Below the pieces are notes generated by a model. That model saw only the letters and a program-made list of their open reading frames with translations. It was not told the origin of the DNA and did not search any database. A stretch of DNA of 64,000 nucleotides, from positions 1,891 through 65,890 of the forward strand of contig CANQND010000005.1 in the NCBI GenBank assembly GCA_947625115.1. The letters run 5' to 3'. Positions 6,818 through 17,830 of the stretch are shown here, in pieces (the first letter of the stretch is position 1; each line of letters begins with the position of its first letter). The position numbers were made by a program, and so were the translations under genes. This DNA comes from an uncultured Clostridia bacterium. GTDB taxonomy: Bacteria > Bacillota > Clostridia > Christensenellales > CAG-314.

Positions 6818-9800
6818 TTATGCGTCAACGCGCGTAAATTGTCCCGAATAGGGGTCCCCAGATGTGTTGCAAAGTTCCAGCGCGCCGCTCTCCAACTCCG
6901 CCAAATACAACTCCAAAGAAAATCCGCCCGTTTTTGTTATCTTAAACGTATATAAGTTTACACAAGTTCCGCTACCGCTGTAATAATAAGTATCTTCCGT
7001 AGTCGCTGTAACCGTTTCGGTAATTTTGTCGCCGCCGTCAACGGTGTAGGTGAGAGTAAGTTCTACCGCGCCGTCCTTGTTTGCAACAACAATTTCCGTA
7101 AATACATAGGTACTACTCACAAATCCACTACCCTTAAACGAAACGTTACCCTCGTACTTTGTTCCCTCAACGGGATCAACGGGCTGTGCGAGTTCGGGGT
7201 TTTCAAGAGTCATTTCGCCGATAGTGTCGCCACTAACCACAAAGCTCAACTTGGACTTGTCCGCTGTTCTGCCAACAGAAAAAGCTGTGGTTGTCTTATA
7301 GGGTTGGACAGACTTGTTCACAAAAGGATACAATTTCCACCAAACCGCAACGGTTGTTGAACCTTTCCAAGTGCTGAGATTTTGCGTCAAAAAAGTACCC
7401 GTACTATTACGATTGTCTGTTTTACTGAAAGTGTCAGTGTACTCTTGTCCGCCAAGAATAAATGTCACTGTCGCTTGCGTATCATCACCGTCTATCAAAG
7501 TTACAGACTTGAAAACAATCGTATACTCATTAGACGTAGGCGTGTACGAAACTTCGCCGACATATTTAAGCAGATTGCTATCCTCAGACGCGGAAGCGTC
7601 CTTTTGGAAAATTCTTGCAACCGCGTTGTCGTCGCCCGTTGCGGAGTAACCCGTAAGTTGATCCTTGCCCTCATTGAGAGTGAGAATAAACGTTGTTTTT
7701 GCTGACGACAAACTGTAAACTATTACCGCATACTTGTCAATACGATACAGCGTTGCAGGATTGTTTTGTGAGTTGATATTGTAGGTAACCACGCCCAACG
7801 CACTAATGGTAAAATAGGACGTACCGCTATCGGCGTTCCATTTGCCCACAAGGTCTTCTGCCGCAACATCTTTGAGTTCGGCAGTCTTGCTGAACACCGT
7901 GCCGTCAATGGAAATACTGTCGGCAGAAGTTACAACAATACGAAACGTGTCAACGCTATCGGGGTCGAGGTACTTGTTTACCGCTTCCAATGTCAACGGG
8001 TGGAGATATTTTCCGTCCTCAATAGCGGAGCCAACAACGTCACTGCCGCTTGCACCCGCCTCGGAGATCACGATTTCTTTGTTGCCGCTCTTCCAAACAC
8101 CGCAAATATCGGCAAGGGATACAGATGCTCCCTCTTCCCAAATAGCATACAACGGCAACGTGAAGCCACCCTCGCTTTCTACAAGATATTGCTGATAGGT
8201 ACCATAATTTACGTTCGTGATAGAACCATTATTGATAATGATAGTACCTTGCTCATCGTAGGACCAACCCTTGAAAGTGTGACCTGCATAGGTAAACGGA
8301 CACACCGCGGGTAACAGAGAGCCGATGGAGGCTTCCATTGTAAAGGTGATATCTTTTTGAACTTCACCTGTGGCTTCGCCGGGGTTCAATGCCAACGTTA
8401 TTGTTGCTTTTGTCCAAGAAGCCATTATGCGAATGTCTTCGTCGGGCATTTGGTAAGTTGCGTCGGGTTGCAAGTCCGTTGCTATTTTCTTCCAACCTTG
8501 GTCTGTGTTGTGTTGAATTGTCCACCCTGCAAAAGTGTAACCTTGGCGTTTCCAAGTACATTGCGGAAGAGTGATCGTTGCACCCGCCTCATAGTTACCT
8601 GCGCCCTCGGGTTCGCTTCCCGAAAAGCCAGCCTCACTATTAGCACCTCTGTAATACTCTACCGAGTGACCCGTGGCGGGAGGGATAACCTCTCCGCTAT
8701 CTTTTGTGAAAACGGCAGAACATTCGCTACCCAAAAGGTCAATGGTAATAGTCAATTGACCCTCTTCCGCGACAACGGTCAGCGTGTAAGCGTCCTCAAA
8801 TGTTCCCGTACCTACGTTACCGTCCCAAGTAAGCGTGTAAGTATCTTGCCACTCTGCACTAATCAGTTTGAGAGTGTCGCCGTTAAGCTCGGCACTTGTG
8901 AAATTGTAACTTTCTCCGTAAGAGTCTACCAAATCGGGCATTCCGCTCGGATTGCTGTACTTTCCGTCAGCGTCAGCGGGTTTGGTTGACGGTGCTGTCC
9001 AAACACATACTACCGTAACGTCACTGTTAAGAGTATAATCGTTGATAGTTTCGCTCGTGTAGGATTGTCCCAGAATATTGTAGGACAAGGGGTTATTTCT
9101 CTCCGAATCCATACACCAATAAGCAATATAGTCCGCACTAAGGTTACTACCCTCTTCTAAGTAGATAACGAAATCGTTCCCTGCCTTGTCGGAATTTTGG
9201 AAAGTTACCGCCACAAGGTCTACCTCAAAGGTATAATTTTGACTGTCGCTTTCATTGTTGAACACAAGAACGAGCTTGCGCCCTTGCAATGTACCCGAAA
9301 CAAACGTTATTCCGCAACCATCGTTCATTTCGTCGTAGCCAACAACCGTAATTTTGCCGTCGGCTGAAATGGTATATTCAAAGTAGTATTCGGTATAACC
9401 GCCGTCAAACATATCACCTTGAAATTGCGCACAAGAATAGTCTTCCTCAAACAATTGCAACAACAACATTGTGTCGTCGTCTTGTGTGTGAAGAACGAAC
9501 GCGTTAAACGGTTCTGTTGTAAACGGTTTCCCCGTGGGGGGGGTGACTTCACCCTCCCACACACATTCGATTTCGGTATCTTCTGCGGGTACTATGTAGC
9601 TTCCAAAGTCTTCCGCGTCAGATTGCACGCCGCCTACCTTGTAGAACGGGGGACAATTGTCTTGTTCATCGTACGTATATTGCGTTATGTCAACAGCCGT
9701 ACCTGCGGGATAATACACGTTTTTGTCCGTGCCTTTGTTATCGATGTTTTTAAGAGTGATTTGCACCAAATTGCCCGCAAACGTGTATTGAGTTGTGTTT

Positions 9801-12800
9801 CCTGACGTGGTAAAGCTGAATACCAATTTCAACGTACGTCCGTGCAACGAACCCGATACAAATGCCAAGCCTACCGAACCATCAAAATCGGCAACGGTTA
9901 CTGTGCCGTCGGTTGCAATCGAATAGGTAAATCCGCCGGATATGCCCCATTCTCCCATGCCGACACCGCCGACAAGTTGAACCATACCGGACATTCCCTC
10001 TTGTTCTTCCGAGAACAACATTACCGCACCCGAAACATCGCCGTCGCTCAACACCATTGCGGCGTCGATAAGTTCTGTCGTGAACGGAGCTTCTGTGCTT
10101 TCGTTCCATACGGCAACATAATGCGTTGTTGCGGTGATAGTGACTGTGGAACCAACAGCGTGCAACGTTTTGGGTTCCGCCTCGTCGGCTTTGTCGTTCC
10201 AACCGCCGAAAGTGCCGCCGACATAGGGGTGATCGTCCGCATCGGGGAAAGTTACTTCCAAAGAGCCGTCGTCGTCTTCGTCCCAAATAACGGTCGCGTC
10301 GGTGCCGTCAAGATAGTCGAAAGTAGCGGCAACACGGAATTTTGCCGTGAGCGTGATTTCTTCGGTTATGGGTGTGCTACTAATATCAAACACCTCGCCG
10401 TCCTTTAACCAAGCGTAGAACAGCTTGCCTTGGGGGGCTTTGGATTCGATACCGTCGTAAGTGAAGAGCGTACCGTACTCTACTTCAACGGTTTCGGTTT
10501 GATCGTTGATAGAAAGAGTAACAGTGATGTTGTACACGTAGTCGCCGAAAATATATTTTTCGCCGCCGACAGTAGCAAGACCGCTGAATCCTATAAAATA
10601 TCCATATTGCGATACTGCCGTCAATTCAAAGACGTCGCTGCCGAAAGTAAAGCCGACAGTAGCAGTTTCTTCTTCTGCCGACGTACTCTTGACGGTGTAC
10701 GTGCCTTGTACGGGGTCACTTGCCGCCTTGAAAGTTGCCTTTCCGAAACCGTCCAAAGTCAATGTGGCCTTTTCGTCCTTGGAGGTATAAGTTCCCTCGT
10801 AACCGTCAGAGAACACGGCTTTGCCGTTTTCGGTTTTGAATATCATTTGTGAGGAATAGGTTGTGACGGTGTACAAACCCGTGCCGCCATCGTAGGTGTA
10901 GGGATATATCGAAGAATAGCTTTCGGAATAGAAAATTTCCACATAGCCGTCATCGCGCACCACTACCTTTGTGTATCTGCCGCCCTCATCTACTTGGAAA
11001 GTCTGTTGGAATACGGCAACAATTGTAACGTCGCCTTGTACGGTTACCGTTGTTCCGCTGATCAAATCTTCATAGTCCTCGCGTTTCCAACCGAGGAAAG
11101 TCCAACCGTCTTTTTCGTAGGTACATTCGGGCAATTCAATGGGTTCTCCCGCAACGCCTTGTTTGGCGTCAATTTTGTCGGTGTGACCGTCAACGCTGAA
11201 AGTAACGGTTACGCGTTTTGCCCAAATTGCATAAAGCGTGAGATTGTCCTTAACTTCGGTACCATCAAAATCGAAATAAGTTGTTGAATCACTACTTATT
11301 CCCCAACCCTTGAATTCGTAACCGTCGCGGGTGGGTTGTTGTGCGGGACGAGTGGCGTGTCCGCCGTAGTCGAACGTTTGCGGTTCGGGCAAGTTGCTTA
11401 CGCCATCGCCGTTAGCCTCAAATGTTACCGTTACGGTAGAACGCTCTTCCCAATGAGCAACAAATGTTGTATCTTCTTTGATAGTGTAGGGGAACGTGAC
11501 TTTTTGATTGTCTACAAACCAACCCGTAAACGCGTGTTTATCCCATTCGGGCTTGGTGGGTTCATATATGCTGTTGCCGGGATACACTTGTTGAGGACTC
11601 GGAGCAACGCCGTCGGGACATTCGCCAAGTTCAAACGTTGCCGTTACTTGTTCCGCCCTGTGGAATGTTTTATCAAACGAATAATCCCAAGTGGCTTCCG
11701 CATGCATTGTAAACTCTTCGAGAGAGTTCAACGTAAGAGTGACTGTATAAGCCCCTATCGTGAAAGAAACAACCGTTTTTCCGTCCACAACAGAAGTGCC
11801 TGTGGGGGAAAGATCGCCGCTGTAATCGTAGTTAAGCTCGTGGAAAGAGATTGTGCCGTCTTCGCTTACTTTGAGCAAGTCGTATGTGCTAAGAAGCTCA
11901 AATGTTTCGCCGCAAGACCAAATGCCCTCAAAGTCGGCGAGATCCAAACCTTGCTCTTCTTCGGCAAAAGTCAACTCCAATATTCCGCCTTCTTCGGTAA
12001 CTTCGGTGTAGCCCTCGCCTGCGGCTATCGCGGCTCCCTCTGCCGTCAAATCAAGCGGTTCGTCATTGAAAGTTGCGCTTTCCACTTCGTTGCTACTTGA
12101 ACGAGCAGCCACTAACCAATAGATAGGTGCACCAACGTTGAGATAGAACAACTCTTCCTCTTCGGGGCCACCAACGATGATGATTTCTGCCATTTCACCT
12201 GTGATCTCAACCGCGTCGTCGCCGACTTCCAAAGCGATATACACAAGCGTACCCTCGATACTGCCGTAGCCGACAGGTTCGTCACTTTGGAAAACAGTGA
12301 TTGCACCCTCTTCAATTGAGTAGGCATATTCGCCTTTCAATTCCAAAGAGTCGGAGTCGCCAAGTTCGGAAATAAACAAAGTGAAATAGTCGCCGCTTGA
12401 TTCTGTGGTGAATATTACAGCATAGCCTTGTTCCAAATCGACAATTGCGCCGTCGAAAGGTTCGGTGGTGAAAGGTTCGTCCTCTCCCGAGCCGTCCTCG
12501 GTGTATTGCGCAGTGTAGGTTACGTCGCCTGCGGGCATTTGCTTTTGAGAACCGGCAGGAGCGTAATCACCATTGTTGTCTATCCAAACTTCAAATATCC
12601 AGCCATCTTCCGCATCGGGTCCGTCGGGCAACGTGTAGGTTGCGCCCTTTGCCAACTGTTGAGTTGCAGGTACGGTTGCGCCCTCTGCCGCGTGATCGCC
12701 GAGTTCGTATTTAAGCGTGTACTCGGTGACGGTGGAACCTGTTTGTTTCCACTGTGCAGTGAGAGTTTTTTCGCTTGCGGGCATTGTGTAGGTTGCGCCT

Positions 12801-13288
12801 GCTTGATAGACGGTTGTGCCGTCGCTCCAACCGTTAAACTCCCAGCCATCTTCCGCATCGGGTCCTGCGGGCAACGTGTAGGTTGCACCCTCTGCCAACT
12901 GTTGAGTTGCAGGTACGGTTGCGCCCTCTGCCGCGTGATCGCCGAGTTCGTATTTAAGCGTGTACTTGGTGACGTCGGAACCCGCATCGGTCCATTGCGC
13001 CGTGAAAGTTACGTCTGCAACCAGCGTGTACTCGGCACCCGCTTGATAGACGGTTGTGCCGTCGCTCCAACCTGCAAAGTTGTGGTTTGCATACGTAAAC
13101 GTGTTACTTGGGAGGTGTATTTTTTCACCGACGTTTGCCGTGATAGGCTCGGGGGCGTTCCCCGTTGCGCCATCGCCTCCCACAAAGGTTGCGGTTGCGG
13201 CTTGGTCGCAGGCAACAAGCGAAAGACTTGCTACCAATGCAACAACAAGAACCAGACAAAGCAACCATCGCGTTGTTCTTTTTGTCAT
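6818..13288 (-). CDS. Large surface lipoprotein with InlB B-repeat/Listeria-Bacteroides-type repeats
   Basis: GGAGGG RBS before MTKRTT; lipobox LSLVAC; many FxGW...TxxAxW repeats; acidic; ~2156 aa. Confidence 0.85.
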   Translation of the reverse strand: MTKRTTRWLLCLVLVVALVASLSLVACDQAATATFVGGDGATGNAPEPITANVGEKIHLPSNTFTYANHNFAGWSDGTTVYQAGAEYTLVADVTFTAQWTDAGSDVTKYTLKYELGDHAAEGATVPATQQLAEGATYTLPAGPDAEDGWEFNGWSDGTTVYQAGATYTMPASEKTLTAQWKQTGSTVTEYTLKYELGDHAAEGATVPATQQLAKGATYTLPDGPDAEDGWIFEVWIDNNGDYAPAGSQKQMPAGDVTYTAQYTEDGSGEDEPFTTEPFDGAIVDLEQGYAVIFTTESSGDYFTLFISELGDSDSLELKGEYAYSIEEGAITVFQSDEPVGYGSIEGTLVYIALEVGDDAVEITGEMAEIIIVGGPEEEELFYLNVGAPIYWLVAARSSSNEVESATFNDEPLDLTAEGAAIAAGEGYTEVTEEGGILELTFAEEEQGLDLADFEGIWSCGETFELLSTYDLLKVSEDGTISFHELNYDYSGDLSPTGTSVVDGKTVVSFTIGAYTVTLTLNSLEEFTMHAEATWDYSFDKTFHRAEQVTATFELGECPDGVAPSPQQVYPGNSIYEPTKPEWDKHAFTGWFVDNQKVTFPYTIKEDTTFVAHWEERSTVTVTFEANGDGVSNLPEPQTFDYGGHATRPAQQPTRDGYEFKGWGISSDSTTYFDFDGTEVKDNLTLYAIWAKRVTVTFSVDGHTDKIDAKQGVAGEPIELPECTYEKDGWTFLGWKREDYEDLISGTTVTVQGDVTIVAVFQQTFQVDEGGRYTKVVVRDDGYVEIFYSESYSSIYPYTYDGGTGLYTVTTYSSQMIFKTENGKAVFSDGYEGTYTSKDEKATLTLDGFGKATFKAASDPVQGTYTVKSTSAEEETATVGFTFGSDVFELTAVSQYGYFIGFSGLATVGGEKYIFGDYVYNITVTLSINDQTETVEVEYGTLFTYDGIESKAPQGKLFYAWLKDGEVFDISSTPITEEITLTAKFRVAATFDYLDGTDATVIWDEDDDGSLEVTFPDADDHPYVGGTFGGWNDKADEAEPKTLHAVGSTVTITATTHYVAVWNESTEAPFTTELIDAAMVLSDGDVSGAVMLFSEEQEGMSGMVQLVGGVGMGEWGISGGFTYSIATDGTVTVADFDGSVGLAFVSGSLHGRTLKLVFSFTTSGNTTQYTFAGNLVQITLKNIDNKGTDKNVYYPAGTAVDITQYTYDEQDNCPPFYKVGGVQSDAEDFGSYIVPAEDTEIECVWEGEVTPPTGKPFTTEPFNAFVLHTQDDDTMLLLQLFEEDYSCAQFQGDMFDGGYTEYYFEYTISADGKITVVGYDEMNDGCGITFVSGTLQGRKLVLVFNNESDSQNYTFEVDLVAVTFQNSDKAGNDFVIYLEEGSNLSADYIAYWCMDSERNNPLSYNILGQSYTSETINDYTLNSDVTVVCVWTAPSTKPADADGKYSNPSGMPDLVDSYGESYNFTSAELNGDTLKLISAEWQDTYTLTWDGNVGTGTFEDAYTLTVVAEEGQLTITIDLLGSECSAVFTKDSGEVIPPATGHSVEYYRGANSEAGFSGSEPEGAGNYEAGATITLPQCTWKRQGYTFAGWTIQHNTDQGWKKIATDLQPDATYQMPDEDIRIMASWTKATITLALNPGEATGEVQKDITFTMEASIGSLLPAVCPFTYAGHTFKGWSYDEQGTIIINNGSITNVNYGTYQQYLVESEGGFTLPLYAIWEEGASVSLADICGVWKSGNKEIVISEAGASGSDVVGSAIEDGKYLHPLTLEAVNKYLDPDSVDTFRIVVTSADSISIDGTVFSKTAELKDVAAEDLVGKWNADSGTSYFTISALGVVTYNINSQNNPATLYRIDKYAVIVYSLSSAKTTFILTLNEGKDQLTGYSATGDDNAVARIFQKDASASEDSNLLKYVGEVSYTPTSNEYTIVFKSVTLIDGDDTQATVTFILGGQEYTDTFSKTDNRNSTGTFLTQNLSTWKGSTTVAVWWKLYPFVNKSVQPYKTTTAFSVGRTADKSKLSFVVSGDTIGEMTLENPELAQPVDPVEGTKYEGNVSFKGSGFVSSTYVFTEIVVANKDGAVELTLTYTVDGGDKITETVTATTEDTYYYSGSGTCVNLYTFKITKTGGFSLELYLAELESGALELCNTSGDPYSGQFTRVDA
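12599..12974 (-). repeat. Near-identical intragenic direct repeat (period 243 bp)
   Basis: 12599-12731 vs 12842-12974 both encode YTLKYELGDHAAEGATVPATQQLAxGATYTLPxGPDAEDGW. Confidence 0.9.
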
Positions 13289-13345
13289 TATTTTTCCCTC
13301 CAAAATAGATTTTTGTTTTTTTATTAACTCAACGAGTAGCCCCCG

Positions 13346-16300
13346 TCAGGAGAGCTGCTCGTAGGTAAACGTGTTATTGTCGAAATTCAGGGTCAAAACG
13401 TACACTCCGTCAAAATCGCTCGTTTCGCCGCTTGGGGCGCGAACAGTTACTGTGAGTACGTTGCCGTGAGTTTCGGTTATTTGAGCGGCAATTTGCAAAC
13501 TGCCGTTGGACGTCGGGAAAGAAATGCTCAATCTCAACACTTTGCCGTCGGTTGATACCAACGCCGTTATGAGCAAGCCGTCCGACGAATGAAGATAACA
13601 GTAAGAAGCAAATTTCGTCCACTCGTAAGTGAAAGAGTCGCCGTCTACGTGTATGATAATTTCATACTTGACAGCTTTCCAATTGATTGTCCAATCGATT
13701 GTCCACGTGTAGGTGTTTTCGCCTATCTTTGTGAGAGCCCAACCATAAGAATCAACTGTTTGCAAACCGTTGCCGTACGGACCCGCAATGCCGTCTACAT
13801 TTTTCAGGTTGCCGACAGCGTGTACATAATTGCCCTCATAAATGGTAAGCGATGAACCGTCTGCCGCCGTGTAGGTGTGTTCCTCAACTACTTTGCTGAC
13901 CGTGTAGTTAAAGGTGAGGTTTCCGTTGTTGTTGAACAACGTCAATTGATAGACGTTGCCGTCGTAGGTGAACTGCATACGGTAGTTGACTATCTGTACG
14001 ACGACGGCGTTGCCGTTGAACTCGCCCTCTTGCGTGCCTGCCGTAACGGTGAGGCGTTGCGTTGCAGACGAAACATAGGAGTAGGTGAGTTGTGTGCCGT
14101 ACTTAACAAATGAGTAAGGCGAATCGTCGTACTGCAAGCCCGTGAGCCAACCGTTGGAGTTGACGACGAGGGTCTGCTTGCTATCGGAGTAGTTGCCCGT
14201 GTAGCTGTTGTACTCGAACCAGAACACTTGGAGAGTGCTGTCGTTTTGCCAACGGTACAAGCCGCCGAGCGCGCCCTCGCCGAAAGAGGCGTTGTCGCCG
14301 AGAACAAGGGTTATCGCAAAGTTTTCAACGCTGTACCAAGTTTGTTGTTCGGCGTTGGTGCTTACGCGCAGGTATCTGAGATAGGGCTGCCACGTGCTGT
14401 TTTGAGCAAAGCCGACGCCCGCTTCGTAACTGTTGACGTAAATGCGTACTTGGGAGCCGTAAAACGGTGTTTGACCGAGTTCGGGCGGGGTTGAGCCGCG
14501 CAAAACAATGATGAGTTGATGTTGCTCGAAAGAGCTTTCGTCCGCGTTGGGAGTGACAGCGCACAGAGAAAACGCCATTGCGCCCACCAAGGCGAGATCT
14601 GCACCCGCGGTGAAACTCACCAGACCGAAGCAACGAATAAACGCGTTGTCGCCGATAGACGTGAGTCGGTCAAAGGAGAGTTCGGTAAGAGAAACGCATT
14701 GGTAAAACGCTTCTGCACCGATAGTTTCAAGATTGTTTCCCGTTACGCGCGCCAACGCTTCGCAACCGTAAAACGCACGCGCACCCACCGATACAACGTT
14801 GTTGAGGTTGACGGCGACAATGTAGTCCAAGGTGGCAAACACGCCGTCGGCAATGGAGATGACGTCATCGGGAATATCTACCGTTACGGAAGAGGGGTTC
14901 TCGTCGGTGTTGTTGTAGGACACAAGAACGCCGTCCACCACTTCAAACAAAGGTTTATTTGCCTGTTCGGCATTGCTTGTTACAAACGCCGCGTAACCGT
15001 TAGGCTGACTTGGCGTTGCCGCCGCCCAAGTGGGGGCTGTGCGGTAAGCCTGTTCGCTGCCGTCGGGGACAAATATCTTGAAATTGGAACCCTTGATCCA
15101 ACGGAACACGTCCTCGCCCAACTCGGGAGGAGTTGCGCCGAGGAAGTAAACGGCTTTGAGCGTGTTAGCACCGCCCGAACCCGTGCCGTTTTCAAAGGCG
15201 TGATCGCCTATGCGAATCAGGCTTGCGGGGAACGTTACCGACGTGAGTGATTTGTCTTTGAACACGTCTGCCGCTATTTCCGTTACGCCCTCGGGAATGA
15301 CTATCACCGACGAATTGCCGAGATATTGCGTTACAACGTGGTCTACAATGACGAGATTTTCTTCAAAAACGGTGTAACTGCCGTACTCCTCGTCGGCGGC
15401 GTAGGTGATTTCGATAGCCAACTCGCCGAGTTGCTCGTTGTAGAACGTGATGACAACAACAGCCGTTGCGCCATGCTCTTCGATAGTGTAACTGCCCAAC
15501 TCGCCGTCCTGGTCCGCTTCGGCAGTCAAATACTGAGCCATACCGTAGCCGTCAAGCACTATTTGCGGATACTCGCTTTGTTCGCTTTGCAAATACACGC
15601 CGTTTTCGTCGCCGCGTTTAAGGAAAATGTAGTACGATTCACCATCGTGCGGCTCCGTACGCCACAGGAAGTAGAATTGAACTTCGTCGTTTACCACGAA
15701 CTCGTATTGGAGATAGCCCGAATCGGGGTCGAGGAAGTAGTTTCCGCGAGCAAGCTCTATCAGCTCGTTTTCGCCGCTATCGGCGGCACCGATCTCGTAC
15801 AAAATGCCGTTGCCGTAACCGTCAAGATACAGTGCTTCGTCTTGGAAGTCGCCGTTACGCACAAGTTGCCAATACACATTGCCCTCGACGCCGAATTCCA
15901 TAAAGTAGCCGTCCACGTCCGAATCGACCGCGGACGTTTCCTTGACAACCTTGAAATACGTGCGTACCACTTTGTCGGGTTGAGAGGGGTGGAAATAGGA
16001 CACGTAGTAATCGCCGAGTTTGGTAAGTTCGTATTTTGTTATGACGTAGTACGCAACGCGACCGTCGGGAGAGGAAGCGTCCACTTCGCACAAAGTACCC
16101 GTCTTGTAGCCGTCAAATGCCAAAATGCGCGTTCCGAACGCGTCGTACAGATATTCGTACTCTTTGTAAGTGCCAACAAGATCCTCGTCGCGGTATTGGA
16201 AGAGGTTCTTTTCCATACTTTCCGCGTCGATACGAGCGTAGTAGACCGTTCCGTCCACGTTGAAATCCATATCCGCGCCGATAAGGTAGTTATCGACATA

Positions 16301-17620
16301 GGACAACGTGAGGAAACCATCGTATTCTTTGCCGTTTTTGACAAGAGTTGCCGCGCCCAAGCCCGTAAAGTTACGGCGGAGATTGATAACGTCGCCGCTA
16401 CCGTCGGCGTCTTGGTACACGTCCATAATGACGGGGTAAAGGGTTACGTCCGATTTGAGCGTTATCGACGAACCGAACTCGCAATCGCGCCCGTTGCCCG
16501 TTTGCGAAGTGCAGTAGGAAATTATCTTTTCCGTTGGGTTGTCGTTTTGGGGAGTGCGCACCTCGACGCTTTGACCCCACTTGGCTTGTTGCGTGAAGCC
16601 GTCCTCGCTGTAAGTGAGGGTAAACGTGCGCAATGCGTAGTAACTGCTAAGGATCAAGCCGTCTTCCGCCACCACGCCCGCGTTTACGCTGCCGTCGTGC
16701 GCCGAGTCGAGTACGTACTTGCCGTCATCGGGATTGACGCTTTCGGCTGTGCTGCCCACGATTGCGGGGAAAGAACCGTCCTCGTGCGCGACGTATTGAC
16801 CGTCGGCAGAGTCGCTTTCGACCCAAGTGCGTTGAGTTACGCCAACACGCCAAACGGCGTAGAGAGTGACATCGGACGTGAGAGTGATTTCCTGCCCCAC
16901 TGCGTAGGACGTGCCGCTGTTGTTCAAAGCGTCGTTGTAGCCCACGAACTCCGCCGTCTGCGAAACGTAACCGCATTCGGGCAAGAGTACGCTTTGACCG
17001 TACTTGCAATTGAGAGATTGCATTTCGCCCGTTGCCGCCGTTGCCGCGCCCTTGCTGAAAGACACCGTGCAAACGGCAAGTTTGTAGTACAATTTGAGCG
17101 TTACGCCCGTGCCGTTGACGGTTGCGGAAGTGACGTTTTTTGCCGTTTCGTCGTAAACGTAGCCCTCTATTTGCTCGGGTTGAACGGTCACGTCGGAACC
17201 CAACGCCGATTGAAGAATACGCGTGCGAGCGTTGTCTTTGACAAATTCGCCCTGTTCGTTTTCCAACCAAATTTCCACTTCGTAATCCGCCAACCAATGC
17301 GCGGTTACCGTGAAATCGCTATCCGGCGCAAGAGTTTGCACCGTGACGGGTTCGCCGCCGAAATAGTACGCGACAAACGTGTAGGGGGAAATGGGCTTGG
17401 GTATATCTTGCAAATCGAAATAGAAACTCTTGCCCGCTTCCGCTTGGAACGTGGCGGACTGCGCGCCCTCGATACCGAAATCGACAGTGACCGTTACCTG
17501 CTTGGCAGGCAAATTTGGATCGACGGGTTCCTGCGGTTGGCAAGCAACCAACAAAACCGTTGCCGCAAGCGTCAACAGGACGAGAATTGCTATTGAGATG
17601 TGTTTCGTTTTGTTTGTCAT
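13346..17620 (-). CDS. Surface lipoprotein with B-repeats, LDGYG repeats and BspA-type leucine-rich repeats
   Basis: Lipobox VLLVAC; LRR_5-like IPEGVTEIAADVF, IGDHAFE, VGARAFYGC, IGAEAFYQC; repeated LDGYG. Confidence 0.85.
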   Translation of the reverse strand: MTNKTKHISIAILVLLTLAATVLLVACQPQEPVDPNLPAKQVTVTVDFGIEGAQSATFQAEAGKSFYFDLQDIPKPISPYTFVAYYFGGEPVTVQTLAPDSDFTVTAHWLADYEVEIWLENEQGEFVKDNARTRILQSALGSDVTVQPEQIEGYVYDETAKNVTSATVNGTGVTLKLYYKLAVCTVSFSKGAATAATGEMQSLNCKYGQSVLLPECGYVSQTAEFVGYNDALNNSGTSYAVGQEITLTSDVTLYAVWRVGVTQRTWVESDSADGQYVAHEDGSFPAIVGSTAESVNPDDGKYVLDSAHDGSVNAGVVAEDGLILSSYYALRTFTLTYSEDGFTQQAKWGQSVEVRTPQNDNPTEKIISYCTSQTGNGRDCEFGSSITLKSDVTLYPVIMDVYQDADGSGDVINLRRNFTGLGAATLVKNGKEYDGFLTLSYVDNYLIGADMDFNVDGTVYYARIDAESMEKNLFQYRDEDLVGTYKEYEYLYDAFGTRILAFDGYKTGTLCEVDASSPDGRVAYYVITKYELTKLGDYYVSYFHPSQPDKVVRTYFKVVKETSAVDSDVDGYFMEFGVEGNVYWQLVRNGDFQDEALYLDGYGNGILYEIGAADSGENELIELARGNYFLDPDSGYLQYEFVVNDEVQFYFLWRTEPHDGESYYIFLKRGDENGVYLQSEQSEYPQIVLDGYGMAQYLTAEADQDGELGSYTIEEHGATAVVVITFYNEQLGELAIEITYAADEEYGSYTVFEENLVIVDHVVTQYLGNSSVIVIPEGVTEIAADVFKDKSLTSVTFPASLIRIGDHAFENGTGSGGANTLKAVYFLGATPPELGEDVFRWIKGSNFKIFVPDGSEQAYRTAPTWAAATPSQPNGYAAFVTSNAEQANKPLFEVVDGVLVSYNNTDENPSSVTVDIPDDVISIADGVFATLDYIVAVNLNNVVSVGARAFYGCEALARVTGNNLETIGAEAFYQCVSLTELSFDRLTSIGDNAFIRCFGLVSFTAGADLALVGAMAFSLCAVTPNADESSFEQHQLIIVLRGSTPPELGQTPFYGSQVRIYVNSYEAGVGFAQNSTWQPYLRYLRVSTNAEQQTWYSVENFAITLVLGDNASFGEGALGGLYRWQNDSTLQVFWFEYNSYTGNYSDSKQTLVVNSNGWLTGLQYDDSPYSFVKYGTQLTYSYVSSATQRLTVTAGTQEGEFNGNAVVVQIVNYRMQFTYDGNVYQLTLFNNNGNLTFNYTVSKVVEEHTYTAADGSSLTIYEGNYVHAVGNLKNVDGIAGPYGNGLQTVDSYGWALTKIGENTYTWTIDWTINWKAVKYEIIIHVDGDSFTYEWTKFASYCYLHSSDGLLITALVSTDGKVLRLSISFPTSNGSLQIAAQITETHGNVLTVTVRAPSGETSDFDGVYVLTLNFDNNTFTYEQLS

Positions 17621-17711
17621 TGTTCTTACATTTTACCTTATCAAGGTATTTTTGACTACCGTTTGGGGCTGTCTGCGCCCAAATAGAGAATTTTTGCCTT
17701 GTTATACCGAC

Positions 17712-17830
17712 AAAAAAAGGACGTCGAAACGCCCGTTACTGTATACAACTTGCCTCAAAGATAAGGCGTTGTTATTCCATTAAAGGCTATTCGTTGTAAA
17801 CATTATATAGTAAACTGTCAAAAAATGCAA
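17712..17830 (-). promoter_or_regulatory. Promoter plus leader terminator upstream of the lipoprotein operon
   Basis: TTGCAT(17825-17830)-17-TATAAT(17802-17807), then GGGCGT-TTCG-ACGTCC-T7 (17712-17734) about 90 nt before the start codon. Confidence 0.6.
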
